DNA from: Acholeplasma sp.
Lineage (GTDB): Bacteria; Bacillota_I; Bacilli_A; Acholeplasmatales; UBA5453
NCBI GenBank assembly: GCA_036677365.1
Contig: JAVBWN010000012.1
Location: 1 to 64,000 of the forward strand
Reading direction: 5' to 3'
Length of the DNA: 64,000 nucleotides
Shown here: positions 59,794 through 64,000 of the stretch, piece after piece
Position numbering within the stretch: the stretch's first letter is position 1
Layout: every line of letters begins with the position of its first letter
Translations under genes and position numbers: made by a program
The notes under the pieces: model-generated
The model's input: the letters and a program-made list of their open reading frames with translations, nothing else
Database searches by the model: none
Told to the model about the DNA's origin: nothing

Positions 59794-60728
59794 AAGCTAT
59801 TCTCCGAGAAGCGTTTTGCGCTATAGTTTGCGATGATGAGCAAGACAACATTGATTAATGCGTTGAATAATCCAATGGCTGCTGCATATCCTGGTTCACT
59901 GAATCCAGTTAAACCGATTTTATACACATACGTAGAGATGATTTCTGAGGTTTGTAAGTTTGTCCCCGTCTGCATCAACAAGACTTTTTCATAACCCACG
60001 GATAGTAAACTACCAATCGATAGGATGAGAATGATTGAAATGGTTGGGAATATGGCAGGGAAGTCAATGTGGATGATCCTTTTGAAACGACTCGCACCAT
60101 CGATCTTCGCGGCTTCATGTAGCTGTGGGTCTACCCCAGCCAGTGCAGCCAAATAGATGATCGATGACCATCCGGTTTCTTGCCAGTTCCCTGATCCGAT
60201 GAAGAGCGGTCTAAACCAGGAGGATTCCAAGAAGAAGGATATGCGCTCTCCACCGAAAGCAAGTACTAAGCTATTGATGATGCCATATTCACCAAAGAAT
60301 AGGAATAACATCCCAACGAGAACAACCACGGAGATGAAATGTGGTGCGTTGAATATGGTTTGAAATATGCCTTTGAGTTTGGTGCTTCGTAACGTATTTA
60401 ATAATAACGCGACGATGATGGGTAATGGAAAACCAATAATGAATCCTAAGAAGCTAACCAAGAAGGTATTGACCATTAGATTTTGAAATTGATAGCTTTC
60501 AAAGAATCGGAAGAAGTTATCCAAACCAATGTATGGCGACCCACCAATACCCAACGCTGGATTATATTCTTGGAAGGCAATCAATATGCCATACATCGGT
60601 ATATACGCAAAAATCGCTGTGAACACCACGGCACCTGATAGCATCGCTAATAGTTGCCAGTTCCGTTTCACACCGTATTGTGTATAACTCTTCGTTTGTT
60701 TTTTCTGCTTGTTTACTGAGTCTGTCAT
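59787..60728 (-). CDS. Carbohydrate ABC permease
   Basis: YIPMYG, PHFISVVV, EAAKIDGA; GGAGGA RBS favours ATG 60728. Confidence 0.92.
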   Translation of the reverse strand: MTDSVNKQKKQTKSYTQYGVKRNWQLLAMLSGAVVFTAIFAYIPMYGILIAFQEYNPALGIGGSPYIGLDNFFRFFESYQFQNLMVNTFLVSFLGFIIGFPLPIIVALLLNTLRSTKLKGIFQTIFNAPHFISVVVLVGMLFLFFGEYGIINSLVLAFGGERISFFLESSWFRPLFIGSGNWQETGWSSIIYLAALAGVDPQLHEAAKIDGASRFKRIIHIDFPAIFPTISIILILSIGSLLSVGYEKVLLMQTGTNLQTSEIISTYVYKIGLTGFSEPGYAAAIGLFNALINVVLLIIANYSAKRFSENSLW

Positions 60729-60795
60729 GGTCATCCTCCGTTTTCACTCTCATTTTATAAGCAACCCTATTTGATGTCAACATTTAAACAAAAAT

Positions 60796-60847
60796 TGTGC
60801 AAACGTAAATGTAACCGCTTTACAAATGTGCATTTGCGTATTATAAT
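60796..60847. promoter_or_regulatory. Divergent control region: lacI promoter and operator-like sites
   Basis: TTTACA(60819)-N17-TATAAT(60842); TGTAACCGCTTTAC 60810-60823; near-palindrome CAAATGTGCATTTG 60823-60836. Confidence 0.6.
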
Positions 60848-60863
60848 ATCGTTGGTGATACAA

Positions 60864-61889
60864 ATGAACGATAAAGCTTCTATACAACAAATTGCAGATG
60901 CACTGGGTTTATCCCGAAATACGGTCTCTAAGGTAATCAACAATAAACCCGTTCCTGATAATACCAGAGAACGGGTCATTAACAAAGCCATAGAACTAGG
61001 GTATAAAGGATTCAATCAAGTCAAACATGTCGAAGTTAGAAAACTTAAGCTATTGTTACTCGCAGGTAAACCACTGAGTAACCTGGATTTCTTTATTTCC
61101 TTGGTCAGAGGGGTTGAAAACCTCGTGACCAATTTAAACATCGACTTTTTTCAGTATACCATTAATTCGAATACATCCTTTGAACAATTGCACAACTACA
61201 TGACCAATTTGAATATTGATGGCGTCATCGGGATTGAATTGTATGACGATGATTTCTTGAAGAAAATCTTGAGTTTGAAAATCCCAGTCACATTCATCGA
61301 CGCGGCTTATGGCTTAAAAGACTATGAAGGTAATTTTGATGCGATACTCATGGAAAGTAGAGACCCCATCTATAAAATATCCAAAGCATTCATTCAAAGT
61401 GGTATAAATCGAATCATTTATTGTGGAGACCACAAACACTGTCAAGGTTTCTATGAACGTTTTCTAGGTTTAAGAGACGCCATCGCTGATATCCCCCATC
61501 GCATGGATTTGAGTCAACAACTTATACTACCGGATGATTCACCGTTTGGTGATTCATCGTGGTTAGCCAAGAAAATCAATGCGTTACAAATGGTGCCACA
61601 AGCGATTGTTTGTGCGAATGATTTTATTGCTATCAATGTGTGTCAAGCCATTAAAAAGATTGGTTTACGCATTCCAGAAGACATTCAAGTGGTTGGTTTT
61701 GATAACGTAGTTGATTCGAACTTCTACATTCCTTCGATAACCACAGTCAATGTAGATAAAGAGTTATTGGGACAAGAAGCACTGTATATGCTTTTAGATC
61801 GAATCAATCGTCCGAAAACACCGACGAGGATGATCTACTTTAAAACTCAACTCATCGTACGTAACTCAACACGCGTACGCATACATTAG
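60864..61889 (+). CDS. LacI-family transcriptional regulator
   Basis: SIQQIADALGLSRNTVSKVIN, CANDFIA, IPEDIQVVGFDN, ITTV. Confidence 0.92.
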   Translation: MNDKASIQQIADALGLSRNTVSKVINNKPVPDNTRERVINKAIELGYKGFNQVKHVEVRKLKLLLLAGKPLSNLDFFISLVRGVENLVTNLNIDFFQYTINSNTSFEQLHNYMTNLNIDGVIGIELYDDDFLKKILSLKIPVTFIDAAYGLKDYEGNFDAILMESRDPIYKISKAFIQSGINRIIYCGDHKHCQGFYERFLGLRDAIADIPHRMDLSQQLILPDDSPFGDSSWLAKKINALQMVPQAIVCANDFIAINVCQAIKKIGLRIPEDIQVVGFDNVVDSNFYIPSITTVNVDKELLGQEALYMLLDRINRPKTPTRMIYFKTQLIVRNSTRVRIH

Positions 61890-61896
61890 TATAAAT

Positions 61897-61927
61897 AAAG
61901 GTCAACTAGAAAACAGTTGATCTTTTT
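61897..61927 (+). terminator. Intrinsic terminator
   Basis: AAAGGTCAACT...AGTTGATCTTTTT. Confidence 0.75.
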
Positions 61928-62058
61928 AAACAAATTTATAAAAGAAGACAAAATTTGTTAAAATATAGATAATACGTACGGTTCATTAATTTAAACAAAT
62001 AAGACTATATGCCATCCATTGATTTTCAAACGTTTATCTGAAAGGGTAGGATCCATGA

Positions 62059-64000
62059 ATGAATGACATTCAACCATCAGTACTTAATGAAGCTGAAGTT
62101 CATCGTTTTTTTAAGTTTGGAATCAGGAAACTAAATGAGATATTGACAGATGATACACATCATGAAGACATTAACTTAATTCAAATAGAACTGGTTCGAG
62201 ATTGTTTTTATGACACAGATTATGTTTTGGAACTGTTTCTCAATGATCCAAAAACACTTGAGGAAAATGCACTCAAAAAATCAAAAGTCATTAAGCGTGA
62301 AATACAATCAGTGGTCGATTTTTTATATGCCGTATTGAATCATGACATGGATATAAAGTCGGATGACCTTTTACATCATTTGATCAATGACAATCATCCT
62401 TACTTTCAACAGGCATTAAACATCATTAGGAATCATCCACTATTTTCAGTGAATGATGATAAACAAGTAGAGATTAATCAAAATATGTTAATGGTTATCC
62501 ATCAAGAACATCCGATTCATAAAGTCATGGAATCTAATCCAGTGCTTAAGGAAATCAACAGCCGAAGAACACGAAACTTCGTTATTTTTGATAATCCAAA
62601 TCATCAAGTCATTTTTGATGTGTATGGATCTGAAATCAAACTAAATACAAAGATACCATTTTCTGATTTTGAACACGACACGAATCGAACATTCGCTGAA
62701 AAAGTGATTGCTGAGCTGCTATTTGACTTTGATAACAGAAAAAAACATTACATTAAACTGCTCTCAAAAAACAAAAAAGTGTATCAAAGAGAAATCGACA
62801 TTTTATCGGGTTTTTACACACCTACTAAGGATGAAGTGTTGGTATTGTTATCGGTATTAGGTAGATTACAACAACAAAATGACATGGGACCGATCATGAC
62901 ATTTAGAGATGAAAAACTCTTACCATCCAAAGTATTTAACCATCAAACGACACTCACATATATGGAAAGTACCGTCTATACATGGGTAGAGTTTAATCGT
63001 GATTTGTTATGTAATAAAACCACACTCGAATTACCATTTGGTAAGTTTGAATCCATAAAGAAATCTATAGAGGACACGAATACAACTCAACCTAAGTTTT
63101 TATTAGAGATGAAGGATGGGTTATTGCCAGAAGGTAAGTCTACTGTATCCACAAATTACATTAAAGGAAATGTGGAAAGTCCAAATTATCTTGAAGCCTT
63201 TTTCCGAAAAATCGTCAATTTGCCTAAATATAAAAATGTTATACCTTATTTTGATTATGAAACGATTAAAGATTTGACTAAGTTCTCTAAACGACATAAA
63301 GGACCGGTCGATCAAAAAGATTTCGTTATTGCTGCTAAGATTCGAGGCATTATGATGGAAAATAGTCCTATTGAAATTGAAACATCCATCCATCAAGTGT
63401 TTGAAGCATCCAGGTTTAACACATACAGTAAAATCGTATCCGAACATTTGATTACATTTGGCGGTGATATCATAAGAGAGTTTTATCGATTATTCTTCCT
63501 ATTTAATCGCCATATTGAAACTGAAAAAGCCAATTTCGTGAATGAAAAACACGAAGTTGAACCAAGTAGTTATAGCGATTCCTATTTATCTATTGCGTCT
63601 GACATGCATTTTAACGATTTTAATCACTATGAAAAGTCCAATTTTTCTAATCAGTTCAATATCATAGCAGGTGACTTTGTTGACAACTTATTCCATCGTG
63701 CAAATGTCGCTTTAACTGGTCATATGGGAATCTCAGGTGTGGGTGTATTAGGAAATCACGATGTCTTTCTTGAAAACACCCCGACTCGTGATTTAAGAAA
63801 AGAGATCAAAAGCAATTATATAAGGTCAATACAAAACACTAATCGTCATTTTCCTAATATTAAGGTCTTAAATGATGAAATCTATTATAAAGATGGTTAT
63901 GCCATCATTGGCATGACACTTGTCTATGACGAGCATGATGGCATCAGAACCTTTTTCGCAAATGCGGATTGGGATAAAATGTTCAGTCAGGATAACTATA
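62059..64000 (+). CDS. Large protein with calcineurin-like metallophosphoesterase domain, 3'-truncated (not in ORF track)
   Basis: Hand translation is open from ATG 62059 (MNDIQPSVL...) to the window end. ASDMH (D at 63601), AGDFVD (G at 63670), LGNHD (G at 63751). Confidence 0.82.
   Translation, partial: MNDIQPSVLNEAEVHRFFKFGIRKLNEILTDDTHHEDINLIQIELVRDCFYDTDYVLELFLNDPKTLEENALKKSKVIKREIQSVVDFLYAVLNHDMDIKSDDLLHHLINDNHPYFQQALNIIRNHPLFSVNDDKQVEINQNMLMVIHQEHPIHKVMESNPVLKEINSRRTRNFVIFDNPNHQVIFDVYGSEIKLNTKIPFSDFEHDTNRTFAEKVIAELLFDFDNRKKHYIKLLSKNKKVYQREIDILSGFYTPTKDEVLVLLSVLGRLQQQNDMGPIMTFRDEKLLPSKVFNHQTTLTYMESTVYTWVEFNRDLLCNKTTLELPFGKFESIKKSIEDTNTTQPKFLLEMKDGLLPEGKSTVSTNYIKGNVESPNYLEAFFRKIVNLPKYKNVIPYFDYETIKDLTKFSKRHKGPVDQKDFVIAAKIRGIMMENSPIEIETSIHQVFEASRFNTYSKIVSEHLITFGGDIIREFYRLFFLFNRHIETEKANFVNEKHEVEPSSYSDSYLSIASDMHFNDFNHYEKSNFSNQFNIIAGDFVDNLFHRANVALTGHMGISGVGVLGNHDVFLENTPTRDLRKEIKSNYIRSIQNTNRHFPNIKVLNDEIYYKDGYAIIGMTLVYDEHDGIRTFFANADWDKMFSQDNY

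Noticed and set aside
63121..63447. 108-aa minus-strand ORF
   Set aside because: Antisense shadow of the long plus-strand phosphoesterase ORF.
1..64000. tRNA, rRNA, prophage or integrase genes
   Set aside because: None recognised by eye; tRNAscan/Infernal were not run.

Overview
Low-GC bacterial chromosome window in the standard code (TGA is a stop, e.g. at the end of fabV). Abundant lipobox and InlB B-repeat lipoproteins suggest a free-living Acholeplasmatales-like monoderm; this is an inference. In order, the window holds: the 3' end of an IS200/IS605 tnpB element with its omegaRNA/right end, inserted in a CASTOR/POLLUX-like channel gene; an APC permease; fabV; an unusual two-gene McrBC-like module (about 12 TM helices fused to an NxD-type McrB AAA+ domain, plus a DUF2357-like Zn-finger partner); cat; a multidomain pectin methylesterase lipoprotein; an aldo/keto reductase; a heliorhodopsin; a deoxynucleoside kinase; SOUL; tldD-pmbA; ASCH/GNAT; a GAF-GGDEF protein; a HAD hydrolase; a Thermotoga-like uxaE-kinase-gnd-SDR-LarA hexuronate operon; ECF-S and a kinase; an AAA_14/DUF4143 ATPase; pdxTS-pdxR; a GH81 lipoprotein; a B-repeat lipoprotein array around a MacB-type ABC protein; a LacI-controlled fructan locus (3 GH32, binding proteins, ABC, fructokinase); and a long truncated ORF, missing from the ORF track, with a metallophosphoesterase domain. 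The best novelty candidate is the membrane-anchored McrB-like system at 4825-9083. All family calls come from motif recognition by eye; no searches were run.
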